DNA of 64,000 bases from Scyliorhinus canicula (GCF_902713615.1 NW_024055482.1:62001-126000); one strand, 5' to 3'; numbered from the stretch's first letter, positions 1 through 10,751 are shown. Made by a program: numbers and translations. The notes: generated by a model not told the origin, from the sequence alone.

Positions 1-51
1 ACCGCAGTCCCCACTGTTGAAGTTATGTCCCCACGTTCACCATATAGCCGG

Positions 52-121
52 TGATTTTATATTGACTTGCCATACGGTGCTACAATGGATATTCACAGTG
101 ACAGAGACCGGGTCAATTTCC
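52..121 (+). other. Antigen-receptor D segment (80-93, CTACAATGGATATT) flanked by two 12-bp-spacer RSSs
   Basis: 5' RSS: nonamer TGATTTTAT 52-60, 12-bp spacer, heptamer TACGGTG 73-79 (reverse complement CACCGTA). 3' RSS: CACAGTG 94-100, 12-bp spacer, degenerate nonamer TCAATTTCC 113-121. D is open in all three frames (YNGY / LQWI / TMDI) and lies ~380 bp upstream of a 23RSS-J, like shark Ig-cluster spacing. Confidence 0.7.
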
Positions 122-433
122 TCCGCACAAAGCAAGTAACAATTCGCCCGGCCTGGTGGCGAATTATCGGGATGATGTTATCATGGCTGTAACCTGGTTA
201 CGTTTCATTGTCATTTCCACCATTTCCATCTTTCTTTATCATTTTCGTCGGTTTATATGAAGCGAATATTTCCTGCCTCCGGCCATTTAGTCATAGCTCA
301 GGGCCTCACAGAGAACGGTTTAAATCAACACAGTCTCTGAAACATTGGATGTTGTTTATGTATTTCAACCCCCCGAATAATTGGGCAGCTTCGAATGATT
401 GGTGATCATTTTCTTGCTGTTTGAGGTGTCGGT

Positions 434-472
434 GGTTATTGTACCGGGGAGTCTGAGAGCCGCGTCACTGGG
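434..472 (+). other. 23-bp-spacer RSS of the J segment, heptamer mutated
   Basis: Nonamer GGTTATTGT 434-442, exactly 23 bp of spacer (443-465), heptamer CACTGGG 466-472 (consensus CACTGTG). Confidence 0.8.
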
Positions 473-514
473 GATATGCAGATGGATACGGGACGGTGGT
501 GACTGTCACAGCCG
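473..514 (+). CDS. J gene segment, NAR/IgH-type (YADGYGTVVTVTA)
   Basis: GxGTxVTV J motif, upstream 23-RSS, phase-1 donor G|GTAAGT at 514/515 that is compatible with the phase-1 acceptor of the V exon at 4341. Confidence 0.88.
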
Positions 515-1109
515 GTAAGTGTCTCCAAACCCCGCTATTTTACAGAGCGTGTCCGCGAATGTTAACCCTCAGTTTATTATTATGATCCGTACTTCTTTAA
601 ACCGATTGAAACTGGAGCTGATCTGCTTTCTAAGTAATATTCTTGGCGGCAGATTTTGATTTCCGAGCAGAATATGATTCTGGAGTTGGGTCCAGGTCTT
701 TCCTGTGGAAACTGTATATGGACTAGGAGGTCAGAGGGATAGGGGTAGTGGTAATTGGGGTTGAGTTGTGGTGTTGGTGGGAGTTGACAGTATGTGGACC
801 ATTACTAGTTTAATGGCACATCATGTCCATGCTCAACATCACAGGCTCTCTCATTCCGAACTGTTTTTAATGAAAGCAGATTGTCGACGGTCCGGACTCC
901 GCTGTCGGAGTTGGTCTGTGAGGGGGCTCTGTGTCTGTCCGTTTGGTCACCACATCGGCTCTTAGAGCTCTCTCCACGGCAGCCGTTCGTTCTCCGAACT
1001 GCGCAATGTGATTGATGCACCATGTGAAGAAACGCAACATTTGCGGAAACGCATGTACCGACATTTGAAACAGTCCAGAGAAAATTCACGAGGTTGGCCC
1101 CGTCTTTGG

Positions 1110-2870
1110 AGGTAATTTCTATAAAGGAGATTCGAAGAAAGAGACTTGACCTTATTGAGACAGATAGGATAATCTGGGGGTTTGATAGGCTGGATCCTGA
1201 GAGGATTTCCTTTTGTGTCTCGAACCAGAGGGCATAATCTCTGAGTCAAGGGGCGCCATGTAAAACAGAGATTACATAGAACAGTACAGGCCCTTCGGCC
1301 CTCGATGTTGTGCCGAGCAATGATCACCCCTCTCAAACCCACGTATCCACCCTATACCCGTAACCCAACAACACCCCCCCCCTAACCTTACTTTTTAAGG
1401 ACACTACGGGCAATTTAGCATGGCCAATCCACCTAACCCGCACATTTTTGGACTGTGGGAGGAAACCGGGGCACCCGGAGGAAACCCACGCACACACGGG
1501 GAGGACGTGCAGACTCCGCACAGACAGTGACCCAGCCGGGAACCGAACCTGGGACCCTGGAGCTGTGAAGCATTTATGCTAACCACCATGCTACCGTGCT
1601 GCGGTACGGTAGGAGGAATTACGATTAGGAGGAATTTGTTCTCTCAGACGGCCGTGAAACTGTGAAATATTGGCGCTAAGCATGTTCAAGGCTGAAAGAG
1701 ACAGACATATATTCAGTGAGGGCGTCGAGCGTTAGGGGTATAAGGTGGGATAGTAGAGTTGAGGATTATCGTCATGAAAAATTTTAAGGTGGAAAAGTCC
1801 CCAGGGCCTGATGGGATCTACCCCAGAATACTGAAGAAGGCTAGCGAGGAAATTGCTGAGGCCTTGATAGAAATCTTTGGATCCTCACTGTCTTCAGGTA
1901 TGTTCCAGAGGACTGGAGAATAGCCTATGTTGTTCTATTGTTTAAGAAGGGAGCAAGGATAATCCAGGGAACTACAAGCCGGTGAGCCTTGCATCAGTGG
2001 TAGGGAAATTAGTGGAGAGAATTCTTCGAGACAGGATCTACTCCCATTTGGAAGCAAGTAGATGTATGAGTGAAAGGCAGCATGGTTTTGTGAAGGGGAG
2101 GTCGTGTCTCACTAACTTAATAGAGTTTTTCAAGGAGATCACAATGGTGGTTGCTGCAGGTAGTGCAGTGGATGTTGTCTATATGGACTTCAGTAAGGCC
2201 TTTGACAAGGTCCCTCATGCAGACTGGTACAAAATGTGAAGTCATACGTGATCAGATGTGAGCTTGCAAGAAGGATACAGAACTGGCTAGCTCATAGAAG
2301 GCAGAGAGTAGCAATGGAAGGGTGCTTTGCTGAATGGAGGACTGTGACTACTGGTGGTGTTCCGCAGGGATCAGTGCTGGGACTACGGTCTGAAATGCTG
2401 CATAGGGTTCTGTCACCTCAGTTCAGAAATTATCTCCATGCTTGGGAGGAAATTTAACAAATATTCCTGAGATAAATTACTGTGAGTAGAAATTGAGTTA
2501 TTTAGACCGAGATTCCATGTAATGTAGAGCCCTGAGATGTAACTTCATCAGAACATACCATATGTTCAAAGGGCTTGGCAGAACAGATACTGGGTAAGTG
2601 TATCCAGGCTGGCTAGGTTATAACTTGGGATCCCAGTTTCAGAATATGTGTTTCGGCAGTAGAGTTAAGAAGAGGACACATTTCTTTAGTTAACCAATTC
2701 TTGTGAATCTTTGATTTCTGTTTCTCAGAGAGTTCTGGATTCTCAGATGTGAGTTTATTCATAGACGTGTTCAATAGGTTATTAGATATAAAAGTAACAA
2801 AGGTTATGGCGACAATGGGGGGACTGGTTGTTGAGTAAGGGGATCAGCGAGCATATAATGAATGGCGGGT
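1110..2870 (+). mobile_element. Several decayed CR1 LINE fragments in the J-V intron
   Basis: CR1 ORF2 peptides ([46 protein letters not shown]) with frameshifts. The first fragment is split by a SINE. Confidence 0.85.
1274..1602 (-). mobile_element. HE1-type tRNA-derived V-SINE
   Basis: tRNA-like head with A/B boxes, central GGGTTTCCTCCGGGTG-CCCGGTTTCCTCCCACAGTCC V-domain, CR1-like 3' tail ending in TTCTATGT. Confidence 0.9.
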
Positions 2871-3389
2871 CAACTTTGAAAGGTGGTCTCGTCGGTATTA
2901 CTTCTACCCGTTAGAAATTGTCTTTTGAATCTTGCGGTTCTGAGGACGGAAATCAGCTGCAATGCAAATCTCTCTGGAAAGGTTCAACATGTTGGGTCCA
3001 CTTTCGCCGAGGGATGGAGAATCACGAGGAGGATTTCTAGGTGAATTAAATTATGAACATAAATCTGAATGGTGATTTGTGCGTTTTTCCAGAGAAAGGG
3101 ACGGTGAACATGTAATAGTCATTAACAGAAAACAGACACAAATTGGAAACAGATATTTCTACACAGAGACATCAGGGTATACCAATCGCTGCCACATTGA
3201 GTGGTTGGCGCAGAGACTATTGTTTCAGAAATGGGTTGGATGGAAAATAAAGGAGGGGAAACAGAATGGAGCGACACAACGTGCTGGATTGAATGGCCAA
3301 CTCGATTTCGGGTGGGTTAGGCTGACCTGGAGTATGCACAGACATAAATCAGTTGGGCCAAATCGTTCATTCCTCTTCAGTAGATTATA

Positions 3390-3746
3390 CACAATATAAA
3401 ACTTACAGAAATGTTCGCTCAGAGAACCCGAGAGACAATCAGTTAATAAACTGAAAGAATTGTAATTGTCAGAGTGCCGGAAGAGGCAGTTCCCAGTGAA
3501 TAACAGTGAAACCCACTGCGGAAACTGAACAGACTGAACCCAACCGACAACTGAGAGACTTTGGGACAAGTTCCCACGATCACGAAAAGCACAAACAGCA
3601 CAAAGTAAATGTAGAAATAAAATTAAACTAACAGTAAATGATTCAATTTAAAGAGAAACGGAGACAAATATTATTGATTGAAGAAAATAGACAGAGTAAA
3701 AGGCAATCAGAAACTCCGGGAAATGTTAAACTGCAGTCAGTGATTG
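3390..3746 (+). repeat. Left arm of a ~350 bp inverted repeat bracketing the V segment
   Basis: Matches the reverse complement of 5806-6166. Core 3467-3600 vs 5955-6088 is about 90% identical by hand alignment. Confidence 0.85.
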
Positions 3747-4340
3747 ACATCTAACTACGGATGTCCAACGTCGGTTTGTATCCATAGCCAATGAATCGCA
3801 ATCATTTTCTGTTGGATCTTGCTGTGCTAAGTGATGAATGCAGTTCGGTTAAACTCGGCCAATTATATCAGGAAACAGATTGTCTCACTGATATGAAAAT
3901 GTTCCCTCGCGTCTGGTCCTCAGCAAGGACAATAGGAGTAGAAATGTCACACCCATGGTAGAACCATGCAGAAGTAAGGATTGCATTAGGCCCCACGGGC
4001 AGATGCTGCCCTTTGTCAATGAAATACACTTCTTCCCATGAACCATTTAATTTTCCTATAACTCTGCATTTTCCTATTCCGGTCATTGACCATTGCCCGT
4101 TTATAAGTCTTTGTGGAATCAGTTCCCACCACATATATCGTGTGTGCATTGCGGAACTTTCGAGCTTGTGGCGGGAAAGATAATAACCACTCATTCCTCA
4201 CTGGTTCATATTGCCATAAAAGTTAATACAGTTCAAGCAGAATTAAAATAAAAACAATACCACAAACAACTGAGCTGTTCACGTGATTAACAAATAATGG
4301 CTCTCCGAATAAAACAAATTACGTTTTTTTCATCCGCCAG

Positions 4341-4646
4341 ATTCCAGTTCCTCGGTGTCCAAGAACCCGCCTATCCAAAACTCTGCTGCCGGTGACACAG
4401 TTACTTTAAATTGGGAATATTCAGGGTTGTGTCAGTACACAGTACACTGGTACCGTCAGTCCCCAGGACAGGCTCCGGAATTCCTGCTTCAGAGACACAC
4501 TTCAGGAGGCGCGAATAAAGAAAACGCTGCCGGAGGGAGAATTTCTGCTTCTATCGACACTGCCAAGAAAACCAGCCGTTTAAAGATCTCCAAACTTCAA
4601 CCGAGCGACTCTGCTGTGTACTACGCTGCACTGAGCCGGCACACAG
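4341..4646 (+). CDS. Leaderless TCR-delta-like V exon (NAR-TCR supporting V type); ORF open but both canonical cysteines absent, possibly a pseudogene
   Basis: Acceptor TTTTTTTCATCCGCCAG| at 4340. Translation (D)SSSSVSKNPPIQNSAAGDTVTLNWEYSGLCQYTVHWYRQSPGQAPEFLL...LKISKLQPSDSAVYYAALSRHT shows V-set WYRQ and DSAVYY motifs and a CDR1 Cys. It is followed directly by a 23-RSS, and I found no leader exon between J and V. Confidence 0.85.
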
Positions 4647-5169
4647 CACAGTGATACAGAGCACGGAGAGAGCTGTACAGAAACCTGAACATGGTGAGTA
4701 TCACACACACAGTGATACAGAGCACGGAGAGAGCTGTACAGAAACCTGAACATGGTGAGGATTACACACAGTGATACAGAGCACGGAGACAGCTGTACAA
4801 AAACCTGAACATGGTGAGGATTACACACAGTGATACAGAGCACGGAGAGAGCTGTACAGAAACCTGGACATGGTGAGGATTACAGACACAGTGATACAGA
4901 GCACGGACAGAGCTGTACAGAAACCTGAACATGGTGAGGATTACACACACAGTGATACAGAGCACGGGGAGAGCTGTACAGAAACCTGGACATGGTGAGG
5001 ATTACACACATAGTGATACAGAGCACGGAGACAGCTGTAGAGAAACCTGACCATGGTGAGGATTACACACACAGTGATACAGAGCACGGAGAGAGCTGTA
5101 CAGAAACCTGAACACGGTAAGGATTACACACACAGTGATACAGAGCACGGAGACAGCTGTACAGAAACC
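4647..5169 (+). repeat. Tandem array of nine 23-bp-spacer recombination signal sequences (unit 59-61 bp)
   Basis: Heptamers start at 4647, 4708, 4767, 4826, 4887, 4948, 5009 (CATAGTG), 5070 and 5131. Each is followed by exactly 23 bp and then ACAGAAACC (ACAAAAACC in copy 3, AGAGAAACC in copy 7). Confidence 0.95.
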
Positions 5170-5560
5170 TGAGCATGGATCAAGAAAATGGTTTAACCAC
5201 TGATTAACCTGGAGTATATGCCAATCGCGTGAATTGCTCAGTTTTTGTGGCAATGTTATCACTTTAATTGCATTTTAATTGTATTCACTGTTACAATACA
5301 ATTGATACAATGCAAACCAATGGGGACTGAGGTGATGTTTTATTCCACCCAGTAAACTCTAACGATCTGAAATGCACTGTCAGAATGGGTGGTGGGAGCT
5401 GATTGAACAGTGATTTACAAACGGGTAAAGGTCAAATATGGGAAAAGGATAATAACAGGACTATGGGAAAATCATGGTCGAATAGTATTTCATTCATGAA
5501 GGAAAGGCATTCACCCGAGGTAGTGAATGTCATCCTTATTTCTGTTTGATTCTACCATGG

Positions 5561-5805
5561 ATAGAACATAGAACAGTACAGCAACTGTACAGCACAGAAC
5601 AGGCCCTTCGGCCCTCGATGTTGTGCCGAGCAATGATCATCCTACTCAAACCCACGTATCCACCCTATACCCGTAACCCAACAACCCCCCCTTTCCCCCC
5701 CTCCCCCCTTCCCCCTTCCCCCTTCCCCTTCCCCCCTTCCCCCCCCTTACCCCCTTCCCCGCCCCTTCCCCCTCCCCCCTCCCCCCCTCTTCCCCCCCTT
5801 CCCCC
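5561..5805 (-). mobile_element. 5'-truncated HE1 SINE 3' end followed by a C-rich low-complexity tract
   Basis: ATAGAAC tail and GGCCCTTCGGCCCTCGATGTTGTGCC tail sequence, then a (CCCCTT)-like expansion at about 5685-5805. Confidence 0.8.
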
Positions 5806-6166
5806 CAATCACTGACTGTGGTTTAACATTTCCCAGAGTTTCTGATTGCATTTTCTCCGATTTGACCATTTTCTTCTTTCATTAATTTTTTTCTCCGTTT
5901 CTCTTTAAATTTATGTATTTACTGTTAGTTTCGATTTGTTTCTAACTTTAAACTTGCTGTTTGTGTTTCTTGTAATCGTGGGAACTTGTCCCAAAGTTTC
6001 TGAGTTGTCGGTTGGATTCAGTCTGCTCAGTTTCCGCAGTGGGTTTTACTGTTACTCACTGGGAACTGCCTCTTCCGGCTCTCTGACATTTTCACTTCTT
6101 TCCGCCCATGACTGATTCTCTCCGTGGTTGTCTGTACGCAGTATTCTCTGTGGTTTACATAGTATA
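5806..6166 (-). repeat. Right arm of the inverted repeat bracketing the V segment
   Basis: Reverse-complement match to 3390-3746. Confidence 0.85.
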
Positions 6167-6237
6167 GAAATTGGGGGAGAGGAATAGATCATTCGGCCCA
6201 ACTAAATTGTGTCTGCGCATATACTCCAGACCAGACT

Positions 6238-6241
6238 GTCC

Positions 6242-6273
<32 letters not shown>

Positions 6274-6420
6274 ACCCGATATCTAATTGACCATTTCCAT
6301 CCAACTCCCTGTGTCGGTCTAGACTGTTCTCTTTCCAGTATTTCCAAATCTGCCCATAAATGTATCAATACTCTCTGCTCCAAGCTCCATGTGGCAACAG
6401 GTTCCATTTTCTCACAAACC
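6238..6420 (-). mobile_element. L1-clade 3' end fragment with poly-G 3'UTR tract
   Basis: Peptide resembling the L1 ORF2 C-terminus, followed on the - strand by a long G run, as in the other L1 copies here. Confidence 0.5.
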
Positions 6421-6480
6421 TGTGTTTAAATCTCTTCAACTTCATATCTGCATTTGTTCGGTCACTGATATATATCAACA

Positions 6481-7262
6481 TGGAAACATAGAAAACCGGT
6501 GCAGGAGTAGGTCATTCGGTTCTTCGAGCCTGCACCACCATTCAAATGTTCATGGCTGATAATGCAAATTCCGTTTCACACTCCCACTTTCTCTCCATTC
6601 CCCTGCTCCCTTTAGCCACAAGGGCCACGTCCAGCTCCCTCTTGAATATATCCAACGAACTGGCCCCCACGGCTTTCTGTGGTAGAGAATTCCACAAGTT
6701 GACAACTCTCTAAGAGAAGAAGTTCTGCCTCATCTCAGTGCTGAATGGCTCATTCTTTATACTTAGGCTGTGACCCCTAGTCCCAACATCGTGAACATTC
6801 GTCCCGCATCTGGCCCGTGCAGTCCCATCAGGATTGTATATGTTTCTATGAGATCCCCTCTCATTCTTCTCAACTCCAGTGAGTGCAAACCCAGCCGATC
6901 CAGTATTTCTTCATATGTCAGGCCTGCCATCCCGGAAATTAGTCTGGTGAACTTTCGCTGGACATGCTCAAAAGCAAGAATGTCCTTCCTCAAACTAAAA
7001 CTACACACAATACTTAAGGTGCGGCCTCACCAAGGCTCCATATAACTGTTGAAAGCAATCCCATCTCCTATGCTCAAACCTTCTCTATCTGAAGGCCAGC
7101 ATATCACAGGCTTTCCTCGTCGCCTGCTGTACCTGCATGCCAATCTCCAACGACTGTACATGTGAGGTTACCCTCCTTGGTGGCAAAGACAAGAAGGCAG
7201 ATTATTCTCTGAATGATGGCAGTTTAGGAAACTGGGAAATGCAGCGAGACCTGGGGGTCCGG
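6481..7262 (-). mobile_element. CR1 LINE 3' fragment
   Basis: VQRKFTRLISGM...ELRRMRGDLIETY peptide and a CR1 3' tail at 6481. Confidence 0.85.
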
Positions 7263-7292
7263 TGGGACAGTTGTTATTGATACTCCACGAGG

Positions 7293-7665
7293 GCGACATG
7301 CTGGGGCAGTGGTTAGCACTGCTACCGCACGGCGCTGAGGACCTGGGTTCGAACCGCCGGGGCCACTGCTGTATAGAGTTTGCACATTCTCCGCGTGTCT
7401 GCGTGGATCTCACCCCAACCCAAACAGGGGCTGGTTTAGCTCACTCGGCTAAATCGCTGGCTTACCAAGCAGGCCAGCAGCACGGTTCGATTCCCGTACC
7501 AGCCTCCCTGAACAGGCGCCGGAATGTGGCCACTAGGGGCTTTTCACAGTAACTTCATTGAAGCCTACTCGTGACAATAAGCGAATTTCATTTCATTTTC
7601 ATTACATGTGCAGGATAGGTGAATTGGCCATGCTAAATTACCACTTGATTTGAAAAATTAAAATA
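7293..7665 (+). mobile_element. HE1-like SINE with a second tRNA-derived SINE (about 7427-7600) nested inside it
   Basis: Two tRNA heads. The inner one (GGGCTGGTTTAGCTCACTCGG...GGTTCGATTCCC) has related copies at about 39008, 57655 and 19200. Confidence 0.75.
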
Positions 7666-7849
7666 AAGTCCACGAGACCATATGTATTTTTATATTGCAT
7701 TAGATCTTGTCACCACCATGCCTCCCTCGTGGAGTATTGATAACGTAACACAGTGTAGTATAAACAGTGGCCAAATCAAGTGCGATATGAGCAGTGGCAT
7801 GGTGTGTTACAGCAGTAACTGATACTGCACCTACTATAATGAAATAAAA

Positions 7850-8060
7850 GAGAAAATGCTGGAAAATCTCAGCAGGTCTGACATCATCTGTAGGGAGAGA
7901 AAAGAGCTAACGTTTCGAGTCCGAATGACTGCTTTGACAAAGAGTCATTCGACTCGAAACGTTAGCTCTTTTCTCTCCCGATAGATGCTGCCAGACCTGC
8001 TGAGATTTTCCAGCATTATCTCTTGTGTTTCAGATTGCAGCATCCGCAGTAATTTGCCTT
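7850..8060. repeat. Near-perfect 173-bp palindrome (7850-8022), dispersed shark repeat
   Basis: Arms of about 80 bp, about 90% complementary, centred on CTTTG-A-CAAAG. Partial copies occur at about 24845-24905 and 51173-51262. Confidence 0.85.
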
Positions 8061-9015
8061 CATATTATAATGAAATGATACACTAAGCTAGACAATGTCT
8101 CTATAGTTTACGAGGTGCAATCTCAGGTAATACCACACAGCACCATGCATCATCGAAATATAAAAACATTTTAGATAGTAGTAGGAGAAGGAGAAGTAGG
8201 AGTAGATGGAGGTTCCTCCATCCAACGTGATCACAATGGGTTCTCTATCAAAACTATACCCCAATACATTTTCCACACACGTTTGACACATTTAGTGTTC
8301 TATTTCCTTCTTAATATATTCAGTAATATTGCCTGCACGGCCCACTGTCCGAAAAATGTTCATTTTAGATTTTATGGATCGTGCCTCCATTTTCACTGTA
8401 CTTCTTGTTATTGCTTCTGAGTCATGTCTCGGTAATTACTTGCCCAATGTTATCGGAATTGATATTCCACCAGCCACCTATCAATTGTTTATTCACTAGA
8501 AACTAAAATTCATACTGGAACATCTGAAGGCACTTACAGAATGTATGGTTTCCGAGGATAAACAAGGGGTCTGCTGTGTGCACACGGTGCAGCATTTGCC
8601 TGCGATCGGCTCGATCTCATACGTCCTTCCATGTTGGCGATTAGTTATTTCAAGTTCTTTCCTCGCAAATATATTTCAATATTTGTGTATCAATACAGCA
8701 CTAAACACCAGAAAACTTACAAATACGCAAACCACGTCAACGTATCCGTCAACTAAAAGCACAATATGTCAGATATTGAAAGAGACAGATTTTTATCATA
8801 GATCAGACTTCAGCTCAGAGTTAACAAGAGGTGTTTTGATTGATGGAGGCGCAGAGAATTATCTTGGGGCTGGGAGGGACCGCAAAAGTTGCAGTCAGCA
8901 GTTCACCCCAGGGAACAAATGAAAGGCATGGACTCGTCTCTTAATTTGTTTATTCACCGATCTGTAACTAAAGGGCATGTTGGAATTTAATTGCCCCTCT
9001 GGAGACTCTCACTGG

Positions 9016-9021
9016 TATAAA
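9016..9021 (+). promoter_or_regulatory. Candidate TATA box of the GPCR gene
   Basis: TATAAA about 75 bp upstream of the ATG at 9094. Confidence 0.35.
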
Positions 9022-9093
9022 CGAGGGACCCTTTGGAAGTCTTGCAGACCTAGTATGTGCACCTTGCAGAATTCAATTGGTTCCTGAAAGACG

Positions 9094-9163
9094 ATGCATG
9101 GACCAGCGAATGGACCATTTTCTGCCATTTATTACTCGGCACTCGCTATTATTGGTGTCCCAG
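9094..9163 (+). CDS. GPR139/142-like rhodopsin-class GPCR, coding exon 1
   Basis: MHGPANGPFSAIYYSALAIIGVP plus a phase-1 donor G|GTAAGA; joins in frame to exon 2, completing TM1 (GVPANL). Confidence 0.88.
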
Positions 9164-9619
9164 GTAAGAGCGGAATCTCAACTGAAATATTTATTTTTCT
9201 TCTGAATCTCCAGAATTCTTATCTCTTCCCTTTAAGGATCGTGCTGAAAAGTTTACCGCATTACGATATATTAGAGTGCATCACTTAATTTTGTATTACA
9301 GAGCAGGACAATAAATGGTCAATAAATTACCCTTCACACTTATAGAACAATTGTTTATTAGACTGCAGAAATATGAGTTATAATGTTTAGCATTGTACGG
9401 ACGTTATATTGTTAAACAGTGCAACACATTTGCTACAAATCGTCATTGGGCTGCAGGATGGCACAGGAATGGGGAGGGACTAGTCTAATAAGCCGCGTGA
9501 GGTAAGTGAAACAATCAAGAGAATTCTGAAATAGAGGCTTTGTTAGGCAATCATAGAATCAGTTCAAATGGAGGCGATTCGAACATGTACCAAACTTTGA
9601 AAAGAGTACTGCGCACAGG

Positions 9620-10258
9620 CTCAGTCCCCTCCGCTTTCCCAATAACCCCTTAGCCTCACCTAACCTACACATCTGCTTTAGACACTGAGGGGCAATTTAG
9701 CATAGCCAATCCAGCTAAACTGCACAGTGTTGGGCTGTGAGAGGCACCCAGAGGAAACCAGACAGATACAGGGAGAAAGTAAAAACTCCACACAGACAGT
9801 AACCCCAGGTCAGAATTGAACCCAGGGCCCTGGCGCTGTGATCGAAGGCAGTACATTTACAATGGCTGAACGGGATGTGGTATGAGTTATTCATTAGGAA
9901 CAACAGTTTTGGATCATTGAATCATAGCATTTACAGTGCACAAGGAGGCCACTCGGCCCATAGAGTCTGCACCGGCCCTTGGAAAGAGCACCCCACCCAA
10001 GCCCACACCTCCACCGTATCTCCGTAACCCAGTAACCCCACCGAACCTTCCTGGACACGTAAAGGCAATTTCGCATGGCCAATCCACTTAACCTGCACAT
10101 CTTTGGAATGTAGGAGGAAACCGGAGCACCCGGAGGAGACCCACGCAGACACGGGGAGATGTGAAGACTCTGCACAGACAGTGACCCAAGCCGGGAATGG
10201 AACCTCAGACCCTGGAGCTGTGAAGCAACTGTGCTAACCACTATTCTACCGTACCGCC
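9620..10258 (-). mobile_element. Two HE1-family SINEs in the GPCR intron (about 9620-9850 and 9919-10258)
   Basis: V-domain core and tRNA head on the - strand. Confidence 0.8.
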
Positions 10259-10751
10259 CCTTTCAGTTGAGTTCACTGGCGATGCAAATTGGGAGTGTAG
10301 ATATATGAAAGTGGTAAATAAGGGTTTGAGTAGCTCTTAAGCTAAGGCAGACTTTCAGACCGGCGATACCATAGGCTGTGGAGAAATGTCGAGGTATGCA
10401 GTGTCGGTGCTTATGGTCGGTTTGGGAATGCGGGCGTTTGGAAGTTCAGCCCACCGTCAAACAAGACTTGAATATTGTAAATGGTCTCTAACTTTAGAAG
10501 ATGGCCAGCCACGGGAATGGACCCAGTGGCCAGAGAGCGGAGTTTGTTGCAGGGACTGATTGTGATATTTGATGAATTGACAAATGTTTAATCCAGCATT
10601 GGATTTGCATCAAGTAGTAATGGTTTTGGAATAATTGAAATGAGGAGGTGCGAAATGGACAGGTCAGGAGGGATTCAGCAGCAGAATGGATCAGGGAGTC
10701 GCTGGTTTTTGGAGTCTCCTCAGTGACGCCTCTCTTTTTTCTCTATTACAG

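Noticed and set aside
3868-4201. Two - strand ORFs just upstream of the V exon
   Set aside because: No recognisable motif, splice structure or leader character.
4647-5169. RSS array or the 52-bp array as a CRISPR-like locus
   Set aside because: Vertebrate DNA, no unique spacers; units are near-identical tandem copies.
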